DNA of 34,539 nt, from positions 1 to 34,539 of the forward strand of contig CAZIEH010000001.1 in assembly GCA_964538695.1 (NCBI GenBank), given 5' to 3'. The position numbers and the translations under genes are program-made. The notes below the pieces were generated by a model. That model was not told the origin of the DNA and did not search any database. It was given only the letters and a program-made list of their open reading frames with translations. This stretch comes from an uncultured Eubacterium sp. (lineage in GTDB: Bacteria > Bacillota > Clostridia > Oscillospirales > Acutalibacteraceae). Shown here in pieces: positions 27,386-34,539 of the stretch; position 1 is the first letter of the stretch, and every line of letters begins with the position of its first letter.

Positions 27386-28207
27386 ATGGCAGATGTCAGA
27401 AACAATACCCAATCACCAAACAGCGCCTTTAAAGAAGCCGTGTGCATCGACGCCGGCAGAGTTTATGATTCGTGCTGTGACAGAGATTGCCTTGAAGATT
27501 TACGGTGCTACTTCACGGCAGAGGGACAAAGCATTATAGACACCGCACTTAACATACGCGCAAAAAACGCGGAAGTACTGAATGTATATATAGATGTTGA
27601 ACCCGTTACCTTTAACCGCGGCTACTACTCTTGCAGTCTTAACTTTTTCTTTTTGGTCGATTTTGATATATTTACCTCGCAATGCGCAAAGCCGATTGGC
27701 GTAAAAGGCTTTTGCTTTTACGAAAAGAAGGTTATTTTATACGGCAGTGAGGGCAATGTCAAGGTGTTTTCAAACAACAGCTCGATTTGCGCGGAAAGCA
27801 CACAGCAAAACGATACCGCAAACTCGCCGCGTTGCATAGTTCAGGCTGTCGACCCGATTGCACTTTCGGCAAGGGTTTGCGAGGTAAGAAGCACTTGTGA
27901 AAACAACTGCTGTGTACCGCAGTGCGTTTGCGATGCAATCGGCGGCGCGGCAGATATGTCGCAGGAGCTTGGCACACCGACAGTGCTTGTAACACTTGGG
28001 CTGTTTTCGATTGTTCAGCTTATTCGCAATGTACAAATGCTTGTTCCCGTTTACGACTTTTGCATACCCGAAAAGCAGTGTCAGGACTCTACTGACCGAC
28101 CCTGCGATGTATTTTCGAAAATACAGTTCCCGACCGAGGAATTTTTCCCGCCCCGTGCGGCTGAAAACGGCTGTGGCTGTGGTTGCTCGGCGACAGCGTG
28201 CGAATAA
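27386..28207 (+). CDS. cysteine-rich protein of unknown function (candidate spore coat/exosporium component)
   Basis: GGGAGG RBS lies 8 nt before the ATG. The 273-aa product has more than 20 Cys, clustered as CIDAGRVYDSCCDRDCLEDLRC near the N-terminus, CENNCCVPQCVC centrally and CGCGCSATAC at the C-terminus. There is no signal peptide. Confidence 0.7.
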   Translation: MADVRNNTQSPNSAFKEAVCIDAGRVYDSCCDRDCLEDLRCYFTAEGQSIIDTALNIRAKNAEVLNVYIDVEPVTFNRGYYSCSLNFFFLVDFDIFTSQCAKPIGVKGFCFYEKKVILYGSEGNVKVFSNNSSICAESTQQNDTANSPRCIVQAVDPIALSARVCEVRSTCENNCCVPQCVCDAIGGAADMSQELGTPTVLVTLGLFSIVQLIRNVQMLVPVYDFCIPEKQCQDSTDRPCDVFSKIQFPTEEFFPPRAAENGCGCGCSATACE

Positions 28208-28211
28208 AAGC

Positions 28212-28252
28212 AAAAAATCAGGCAAACCTTTTAGGGCTTGCCTGATTTTTTT
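28212..28252. terminator. bidirectional rho-independent terminator
   Basis: ATCAGGCAA (28217-28225) pairs with TTGCCTGAT (28238-28246), flanked by AAAAA and TTTTTTT. The T-run overlaps the stop codon of the AraC-family gene. Confidence 0.7.
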
Positions 28253-29087
28253 ATTTTGTTTTGTTTTCTTTCGGCGTTATGCCGAAGTATTCTTTGTAAA
28301 GCTTTGAAAAATATGCGGCACTGTTAAAACCGCACGCAGATGAAATTGCCGAAATTTTCGTATTCCCCTTTTTCAGCATCGCTTTTGCTTTTTCAAGGCG
28401 AAAAATATTTATATACTTTACAGGCGTAAGACCCGTTATTGCTTTAAACCGTCGGCAAAAATACGGCTCGCTGTAACCGAATTCGGCACTTAAAATCGAT
28501 GACGATACGGCACTTGCGTAATTTTCGGCTATATAATCGAAAACTGCGCCGAAATTATTATCGGCAGGCTGTGTCGCGCCGATGCTTAAAAGGCATTTAC
28601 GGTATAGCATACCAAGCAGTGTGTATATTTTCCCAATTACGGTTAATGCCGAATATTCATCGCCGCAAAGCTGTTCGTTCACAAGTGATTTTACCGTATT
28701 TGCAATTTCAAAATCATCAGTTATTGGCACAAACTCGGTTTGCAAGTTTGCAATCGGCTTCAGGTACTTTTCGCTTGCATAGCTTGAATTGTAAAAGTAC
28801 GATATATCGAACATTACCGTATAATATTCCACGCCACGCTCGCCCGAAATTGCCGTGTGATTTTTTTCGGGCGGTATTATTGCTACCGAGCCCTCGCGTA
28901 CGGTAAATTCCTCGTCCTCTAAACGCAGTTTCATACTGCCCGAGGAAACAAAGCACAGCTCCATTCTTTCGTGCCAATGAACGCCGAAACAGGTCTTGTT
29001 TTTCTCCGGCACGGCAAAATGCAGTATCCGCACCGCACTGTCGCCGTATAAAACAGGCGTAAGCTCTTTTTTGCCGTCTATTTTCAC
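28251..29087 (-). CDS. AraC-family transcriptional regulator (cupin sensor domain plus C-terminal double HTH)
   Basis: N-terminal cupin-like domain (FGVHWHERMEL). The C-terminal AraC HTH has YFCRRFKAITGLTPVKY and GFNSAAYFSKLYKEYFGITP. GTG start behind GAGGTGA. Confidence 0.85.
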   Translation of the reverse strand: MKIDGKKELTPVLYGDSAVRILHFAVPEKNKTCFGVHWHERMELCFVSSGSMKLRLEDEEFTVREGSVAIIPPEKNHTAISGERGVEYYTVMFDISYFYNSSYASEKYLKPIANLQTEFVPITDDFEIANTVKSLVNEQLCGDEYSALTVIGKIYTLLGMLYRKCLLSIGATQPADNNFGAVFDYIAENYASAVSSSILSAEFGYSEPYFCRRFKAITGLTPVKYINIFRLEKAKAMLKKGNTKISAISSACGFNSAAYFSKLYKEYFGITPKENKTK

Positions 29088-29099
29088 ACAATCACCTCG

Positions 29100-29129
29100 G
29101 GTTAAAATAATATATAAAGTGGTTAAAAT
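29100..29129. promoter_or_regulatory. direct repeat GGTTAAAAT x2 spaced 21 bp apart: candidate AraC-family operator
   Basis: GGTTAAAAT occurs at 29100-29108 and 29121-29129, in the divergent promoter region. The second copy lies inside the spacer of a minus-strand TTGTAT-17-TATATA promoter (29111-29139). Both copies are upstream of a plus-strand TATAAT (29163-29168). Confidence 0.35.
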
Positions 29130-29199
29130 CGTTATACAATTTTCTTTTAGTTAATGTTATCATATAATTAAAGAAAAATCAATACGGGGTGCATAAATT

Positions 29200-30036
29200 A
29201 TGAAAATCGGCGTATGTGTTATTTTTGACGGAATTGAACAATTACCTAAAAAGCTGGATATGCTTAATACCGAGGGGTTTGACAACTGTCAGCTTGTTTC
29301 CTGGAAGCCCGAGCTGTGGACGGAAGAAAATGCCGCGGTAGTCAACAAGCTTACAAAAGAAAAGGGCATAACGATTTCGGCATTCTGGTGCGGCTGGGAA
29401 GGCCCTTGCGTATGGAATTTTTATGAGGGACAAACCACACTTGGCTTGGTACCGCCCGAATACCGCACGATAAGAATTAAAAATCTATGTGACGGCGCGG
29501 ATTTTGCAAAAAAACTCGGAGTCGAAAAGGTTGTAACCCATATGGGCTTTATACCAGAAAACCCGAATGATGCACAATTTATACCGTTTTGCGATGCCGT
29601 TCGCACGGTTGCCGAGCATTTAAAGCAAAACAATCAGTACCTTTTGTTTGAAACGGGTCAGGAAACGCCTGTTACAATGCTACGCTGTTTTGAACAGGTC
29701 GGTTGCGACAATTTGGGGGTAAACCTCGACACCGCAAACCTTATTCTCTACGGCAAGGCAAACCCCGTAGATGCTTTAGAGGTTTTCGGGAAATATGTTA
29801 TGAACATACACGCCAAAGACGGCAAATACCCCGTAAACGGGCACGATTTAGGTGCAGAAGTACAAATTGGCAAAGGTAAGGTTGACTTCCCCGCCCTGTT
29901 CAAAAAACTGCAAAAACTCGGTTACGACTCGTATGTTACCATAGAGCGTGAAATTGACGGTGAACAGCAAATAAAAGACATTCGCGACTCTAAAAATTAT
30001 CTGCAATCAATTATAAATGAGGTTTACGGAGGTTAA
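29200..30036 (+). CDS. sugar phosphate isomerase/epimerase family protein (xylose-isomerase-like TIM barrel)
   Basis: A 278-aa protein with the family-typical pattern: HMGF, LLFETGQE, NLDTANL, NIHAKD and TIERE blocks (metal-ligand-like E/D/H/E positions). Confidence 0.75.
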   Translation: MKIGVCVIFDGIEQLPKKLDMLNTEGFDNCQLVSWKPELWTEENAAVVNKLTKEKGITISAFWCGWEGPCVWNFYEGQTTLGLVPPEYRTIRIKNLCDGADFAKKLGVEKVVTHMGFIPENPNDAQFIPFCDAVRTVAEHLKQNNQYLLFETGQETPVTMLRCFEQVGCDNLGVNLDTANLILYGKANPVDALEVFGKYVMNIHAKDGKYPVNGHDLGAEVQIGKGKVDFPALFKKLQKLGYDSYVTIEREIDGEQQIKDIRDSKNYLQSIINEVYGG

Positions 30037-30040
30037 GAAT

Positions 30041-30988
30041 ATGTTGAAAGTTGCACTTGTAGGCGTAGGCGGTATCAGCGGCGCGCACATTCCCGCTTGG
30101 GAGAAACGAGAGGATACAGAGATTGTTGCACTTTGTGATGTCAGACCCGAGCAAATGGAGAAGTATCCCGATAAAAGGCGTTATACAGATTTTGACGAAA
30201 TGCTGCAAAAAGAAGAAATAGATATTTTGGATATTTGCCTGCCGACATACCTGCATGCCGATTTTTCGGTTAAAGCAATGGAAAAAGGTATAAATGTTAT
30301 ATGCGAAAAACCTATTTCTCTGAACAAAGCAGATGTCAAACGCGTTTTCGATTGTGCCAAGAAAAACTCGGTCAAATTTATGGTTGCACAGGTTTTGCGC
30401 TTTTGGCCCGAATACGAAATTGTTAAAAGCATATACGACAGCGGCAAATACGGCAAGCTGTTGTCGGGTTCTATGCGTAGGCTCGGTCAACGCCCGAAAT
30501 GGAGCTGGGACGGTTGGATGATGGACGAAAACAGAAGCGGACTTGTTCCGTTCGACCTGCATATCCATGATTGCGACTTTATGGTTTACGCGTTCGGTAA
30601 GCCTAACGACACGGTAAGTTACAGGGCAAAACGACCCGAGCAGGATTATATAAACGCAGTTTACCGTTATGATGACTTTTTCTTAACAACCGAGGCATCT
30701 TGGTACGACTCACCCTATCCTTTCGCGGCGGATTTTCGCTTTCAGTTTGAAAAAGCAATTGTTGCATGGGAAAAGAATGAGATGAAAATTTATGAAGCAG
30801 ACGGCGAGGTTTTCTGTCACATTTCGAATGATGCCGCACTTGACACAGGCAACATAGGCTTGCCCGCAAGTGACGCGTATGCAAACGAAATCAACTATTT
30901 CACCGACTGCGTTATCGGTGACACCTGCCCCGATAAGGTTAAGGCAGAAGAGCTTGAAACGGTTATAGATATTCTTAATAATCTGTGA
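30041..30988 (+). CDS. Gfo/Idh/MocA-family NAD(P)-dependent oxidoreductase
   Basis: N-terminal Rossmann motif KVALVGVGGISGAH and an EKP motif (VICEKPISL). GGAGG RBS before ATG 30041, which is 4 nt after the upstream stop. Confidence 0.85.
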   Translation: MLKVALVGVGGISGAHIPAWEKREDTEIVALCDVRPEQMEKYPDKRRYTDFDEMLQKEEIDILDICLPTYLHADFSVKAMEKGINVICEKPISLNKADVKRVFDCAKKNSVKFMVAQVLRFWPEYEIVKSIYDSGKYGKLLSGSMRRLGQRPKWSWDGWMMDENRSGLVPFDLHIHDCDFMVYAFGKPNDTVSYRAKRPEQDYINAVYRYDDFFLTTEASWYDSPYPFAADFRFQFEKAIVAWEKNEMKIYEADGEVFCHISNDAALDTGNIGLPASDAYANEINYFTDCVIGDTCPDKVKAEELETVIDILNNL

Positions 30989-30997
30989 GGAATGATA

Positions 30998-32035
30998 ATG
31001 AAAAAGTTGAAAGTCGCCGTTATAGGCTGCGGCAGTATTTCTGTAATGCATTTAGAGGCGATTGTCGCACTTGAAGAAACCGAGCTTGTCGCTGTTTGCG
31101 ATATAAAGCCGCAACGCGCAAATGATACGGCAAAAAAATACGGTGTCAAGGCATATACCGACTACAAGCAGATGTTTAAATGTGAAAAGCTTGATGCGGT
31201 GCATTTGTGTCTGCCGCACTATCTGCACACCCCTGTTGCAACAGAGGCGTTTAAAGCCGGCATAAATGTTTTAAGCGAAAAGCCGATGAGTATACACTAT
31301 GCCGATGCCGTTAATGCCGTTGAAACCGCAGAAAGCTGTGGCTTGCAATACGGTGTTATTTTCCAGTGCAGATACAACACCCCCTCAATGCTTGTTAAAC
31401 AGCGCATTACAGACGGCACACTCGGTGCGGTAAAATGCGGCAGAACCACCCTTACTTGGTACAGACCCGACAATTATTATGACGGCTCTGACTGGAAAGG
31501 CACTTGGGATAAAGAGGGCGGCGGCGTTGTAATAGACCAAGCAATTCATTCACTTGACCTTGCAAACTGGATGATTGACAGCAAGCCTTGCGAAATACAG
31601 TCGTCGTTGCATAACAGAAACCACAGCTGTATGATTGTCGAGGACTCTGCCGAGGGCTTGATAAAATATGAAAACGGAGCACTGCTGTCATTTTACGCTA
31701 TGAACAACTATTTGGTGGACGAGCCTATCGAAATACGCCTTTTGTGCGAAAACGGAAAGGCTACCTTCTCATACGATAAGGCGGTTATAGAATATAACGA
31801 CGGCAGAACCGAAACGGTGAAAAACGCACCGCAGAAAATTGTTTCGTATTCGGGCGGTAAGGATTATTGGGGCACACAGCACGCTGTTCAAATACGCCAA
31901 TTTTACCGCGCTCTTGCAGGAGAGGAAAAGCTTGAAATTTCAGGCAAAGAGGCATTGAAAATTCAAAAAATTGTTTGCGATATTTACAAAAACAACGATA
32001 ATAAAGCCATTCGCACACCACAACCGAAGGAATGA
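30998..32035 (+). CDS. Gfo/Idh/MocA-family NAD(P)-dependent oxidoreductase (second, non-identical copy)
   Basis: KVAVIGCGSISVMH Rossmann motif and VLSEKPMS. GAGGA RBS lies 6 nt before ATG 30998. Confidence 0.85.
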   Translation: MKKLKVAVIGCGSISVMHLEAIVALEETELVAVCDIKPQRANDTAKKYGVKAYTDYKQMFKCEKLDAVHLCLPHYLHTPVATEAFKAGINVLSEKPMSIHYADAVNAVETAESCGLQYGVIFQCRYNTPSMLVKQRITDGTLGAVKCGRTTLTWYRPDNYYDGSDWKGTWDKEGGGVVIDQAIHSLDLANWMIDSKPCEIQSSLHNRNHSCMIVEDSAEGLIKYENGALLSFYAMNNYLVDEPIEIRLLCENGKATFSYDKAVIEYNDGRTETVKNAPQKIVSYSGGKDYWGTQHAVQIRQFYRALAGEEKLEISGKEALKIQKIVCDIYKNNDNKAIRTPQPKE

Positions 32036-32039
32036 AAAA

Positions 32040-32750
32040 ATGAAATTTATAACAGTTGAAAACTACAAAAAAATGAGCCGTCAAGCGGCAAATATTATTT
32101 CGGCGCAGGTTATTTTAAAGCACGATAGTGTGCTTGGTCTTGCGACGGGTTCATCACCGCTTGGCACTTACGAACAGCTTATTAAATGGCACGAAAAGGG
32201 CGATATAGATTTCAGCGGCGTTACCTCGGTCAATCTTGACGAATATGTCGGGCTTGCCGCAGAAAACGAGCAAAGCTATCGTTATTTTATGAACGAAAAC
32301 TTTTTTAAAGATATAAATATCGATATAAACAACACCTTTGTTCCGAACGGCTGTGCCGAAAATCTTGAAAAGGAATGTCACAATTACGACGAAAATATTA
32401 AACGGCTTGGCGGCATTGATTTACAGCTTTTGGGCATAGGTCTTGACGGTCATATAGGCTTTAACGAGCCTGACAAATACTTTGTAAAAAACACGCATAT
32501 CGTCGATCTGCACGAAAGCACTATTAAGGCAAATGCGCGTTTTTTCACCTCCTGCGACGATGTACCGAAACAGGCGATTACTATGGGTATGGTTTCGATA
32601 ATGCACGCCAAAAAGATAATTCTTATAGCAAGCGGCGAAAACAAGCGTGACATTTTAAACAAGGCATTTTTCGGTCCCATAACTCCTGAAATTCCTGCCT
32701 CTATTTTACAGCTGCACCCCGATATTACCGTAATTTACAGTGAAAAATAA
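32040..32750 (+). CDS. nagB: glucosamine-6-phosphate deaminase
   Basis: Has GLATGSSP, NLDEYVGL and GIGLDGHIGFNEP blocks, 236 aa. ATG 32040 lies behind AAGGAA; the longer track ORF overlaps the upstream gene. Confidence 0.9.
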   Translation: MKFITVENYKKMSRQAANIISAQVILKHDSVLGLATGSSPLGTYEQLIKWHEKGDIDFSGVTSVNLDEYVGLAAENEQSYRYFMNENFFKDINIDINNTFVPNGCAENLEKECHNYDENIKRLGGIDLQLLGIGLDGHIGFNEPDKYFVKNTHIVDLHESTIKANARFFTSCDDVPKQAITMGMVSIMHAKKIILIASGENKRDILNKAFFGPITPEIPASILQLHPDITVIYSEK

Positions 32751-32837
32751 ATGAAACCGTACTGAAAAGCGTACCTACATTTTTAGCATTTTGCAAAGCA
32801 ACGCTAACTATTCTTTTCTGAAAGACAAGGTGATTTT

Positions 32838-33908
32838 ATGCTAATTTACAACGCGGATATCGGCGGCAAGCTTAAATCGGTTAAAATAAGCGACGGTAAA
32901 ATTGAAAAAATCGCCGAAAACACAGCTTGCGGCGATTTTGATGCCCACGGCAATCGGCTTATTTCGGGTCTTATAGATATTCATACACACGGCTGTATGG
33001 GTATGGACACTATGGATGCGGATTTTGAAAAAATGTGCAAATATTACGCCGACCACGGCACAACCGCATTTCTGCCCACCACAATGACAATGGGCTACGA
33101 TGCACTTAAAAAGGTTACAACAGCCAAAACCGATTTTTTGGGTGCCAAAATATTGGGCTTTCATTTCGAGGGCCCGTACATTTCGAAAAAGCGCAAGGGT
33201 GCGCAAAACGAGCAATACATTAAAAATCCGTCGGCAGAGGAATTCGGACAGTTTGAAAATGTAAAAATGGTGACACTCGCGCCCGAGCTTGAGGGTGCCG
33301 AGGATTTTATAAAACAGGTTTCACCCTACTGTGCGGTGTCAATCGGTCATACCGATTGCGATTACGAAACAGCCTTTAATGCCATTGAAAGCGGCGCAAG
33401 CTGTCTTACACATATCTATAATGCTATGCCGCCGTTGCACCACCGCAACCCCGGTCCTATCGGCGCGGCAATAGAAAAAAACATTTATGCACAGCTTATT
33501 TGTGACGGATTGCACATTTCAAAGCCCGTGGTGCTTGCAACTTACAGGGCTTTTACAGCTGGCAAGCTTATTCTTATAAGCGACAGCATAAGAAGTGCAG
33601 GTCTTCCGGACGGCATATATGACTCGGGCGGATTGCAGGTTACACTTAAAAACGGTGTTGCAAGGCTTCAAGACGGAACACTTGCAGGTAGCAGTGCAAT
33701 GCTTATAGATTGCGTTAAAACAGCAGTAAAATTCGGTATTCCTTTCTATGATGCATTGAAAGCGGCAAGTGAAAATCCCGCAAAGCTACTCGGGCTGAAT
33801 AAAGGACGAGTAGCCGAGGGATATGATGCGGATTTACTTATAGTTGACAGTGAAATCAACATAAAAACCGTTATTATCGGCGGTAAAGTTTATAAAAACG
33901 AGCAATAA
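32838..33908 (+). CDS. nagA: N-acetylglucosamine-6-phosphate deacetylase
   Basis: Has the GLIDIHTHG metal-binding motif, HFEGPYIS, GHTD and THIYNAM blocks of the amidohydrolase NagA family. Length 356 aa. Confidence 0.85.
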   Translation: MLIYNADIGGKLKSVKISDGKIEKIAENTACGDFDAHGNRLISGLIDIHTHGCMGMDTMDADFEKMCKYYADHGTTAFLPTTMTMGYDALKKVTTAKTDFLGAKILGFHFEGPYISKKRKGAQNEQYIKNPSAEEFGQFENVKMVTLAPELEGAEDFIKQVSPYCAVSIGHTDCDYETAFNAIESGASCLTHIYNAMPPLHHRNPGPIGAAIEKNIYAQLICDGLHISKPVVLATYRAFTAGKLILISDSIRSAGLPDGIYDSGGLQVTLKNGVARLQDGTLAGSSAMLIDCVKTAVKFGIPFYDALKAASENPAKLLGLNKGRVAEGYDADLLIVDSEINIKTVIIGGKVYKNEQ

Positions 33909-33944
33909 AAAAGTGCTTTGGCAATATGTCAAAGCACTTTTTGT
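33907..33944. terminator. bidirectional rho-independent terminator
   Basis: AAAAGTGCTTTG pairs with CAAAGCACTTTT, flanked by A-runs and T-runs. Confidence 0.7.
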
Positions 33945-34370
33945 TTATTTATAACAGCGACTGCAAGGTGTATAGCCCCTTGCGGTTGCTTCATCGACAG
34001 TCAACTCGACAGGCTCTTTCATAGAACTGCAAGTAGGCTTGGAATGATACTTTTTACCCCTTAATGAAACCCACACCGTTGCGCCGTTATATTGCGTTTC
34101 GGTGTATGAGCTTTCACTCACCGTAATTCTGTCTGGTGAACTGTCATAAGATGAGTTTTGCACGACAGACGATGCTTCGGCAGAAGATGTATCCGTATCA
34201 CGCGAATAAACAAAATCACTGCTTACGGCAGATGAAACAGCACTTGTCGCGGTCGATGAAGAGTCAATATAAATGAATTTTTGTGATTTTTCCGCCTTGG
34301 TATTTTCGCAGGCACAAAACAGCATTGCCGTTGTTATGCACAGTATGTCGGAAATCAACTTTTTATGCAT
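33945..34370 (-). CDS. lipoprotein with a Ser-rich linker and a C-terminal Cys/His motif domain
   Basis: MHKKLISDILCITTAMLFCAC is a signal peptide with a lipobox. The C-terminus GKKYHSKPTCSSM...GYTPCSRC is a Y-H-x(4)-C...C-x-x-C motif common at the ends of secreted Firmicute proteins. The 17-codon extension in the track overlaps the tuf terminator, so ATG 34368-34370 (behind GGTGG) is preferred. Confidence 0.6.
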   Translation of the reverse strand: MHKKLISDILCITTAMLFCACENTKAEKSQKFIYIDSSSTATSAVSSAVSSDFVYSRDTDTSSAEASSVVQNSSYDSSPDRITVSESSYTETQYNGATVWVSLRGKKYHSKPTCSSMKEPVELTVDEATARGYTPCSRCYK

Positions 34371-34381
34371 AAGGAACCACC

Positions 34382-34419
34382 AAAGAAAAATGCAGTCGGC
34401 ATTTTTCAATACCGACCGC
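34382..34419 (-). terminator. rho-independent terminator of tuf
   Basis: On the minus strand, GCGGTCGGTA...TGCCGACTGC forms a hairpin followed by ATTTTTCTTTG. Confidence 0.65.
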
Positions 34420-34432
34420 ATAAAAAGACGAA

Positions 34433-34539
34433 TTATTCGTTAACCTTTGTAACAACACCCGAACCAACGGTACGGCCGCCTTCACGGATAGCGAAACGCA
34501 AGCCTTCTTCGATAGCGATAGGTGTGATAAGCTCAACAT
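34433..34539 (-). CDS. tuf: elongation factor Tu, C-terminal 34 codons (partial; continues beyond the window)
   Basis: The minus-strand translation [34 protein letters not shown] matches the highly conserved EF-Tu C-terminus. Confidence 0.9.
   Translation of the reverse strand, partial: VELITPIAIEEGLRFAIREGGRTVGSGVVTKVNE

Noticed and set aside
34371-34421. Longer start for the terminal lipoprotein ORF
   Set aside because: The extra 17 codons overlap the tuf terminator hairpin (34392-34419), and the signal peptide begins at the internal Met (34370).

Overview
This window looks like a chromosomal segment from a spore-forming Firmicute, probably a Clostridia-type gut anaerobe. That inference rests on spoIIE, an FprA-type flavodiiron protein, and the GGAGG/GGTGA ribosome-binding sites. 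Most of it is tightly packed housekeeping or core-accessory genes. Left to right: a truncated DUF5131 fragment, a membrane-tethered XRE regulator, FprA, a lipoprotein, an alanine/glycine:cation symporter, malQ (GH77) and a GH2 beta-galactosidase. A 620-nt non-coding gap follows, then a leaderless two-repeat DUF11 protein, an MFS transporter and an acyltransferase-3 protein. Next is a four-gene envelope operon of unknown function facing two tandem PrsA-like PpiC foldases. After that come copA-copZ, coaE, an SLT lytic transglycosylase, an M18 aminopeptidase, a DUF624/YesL protein, a 516-nt AT-rich gap, spoIIE and a divergent cysteine-rich protein. The window ends with an AraC-controlled cluster (TIM-barrel isomerase-like gene, two Gfo/Idh/MocA oxidoreductases, nagB, nagA), a lipoprotein and the 3' end of tuf. 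No rRNA, tRNA, CRISPR array, IS element or recognisable defence genes were seen. The most unusual signal is at 9316-9802. It is a self-contained minus-strand promoter-to-terminator unit with no conventional gene. It carries a decayed ~50-54-nt tandem array whose units each hold an extended Shine-Dalgarno-like motif followed by a micro-ORF of 11 codons or fewer. Other items worth a second look are the cysteine-rich protein beside spoIIE, the TTTTCCACA (DnaA-box-like) cluster downstream of spoIIE, the 21-nt-spacer spoIIE promoter, and the oxidoreductase/TIM-barrel/nagBA cluster. All calls come from reading the sequence and recalling family motifs; no searches were run.
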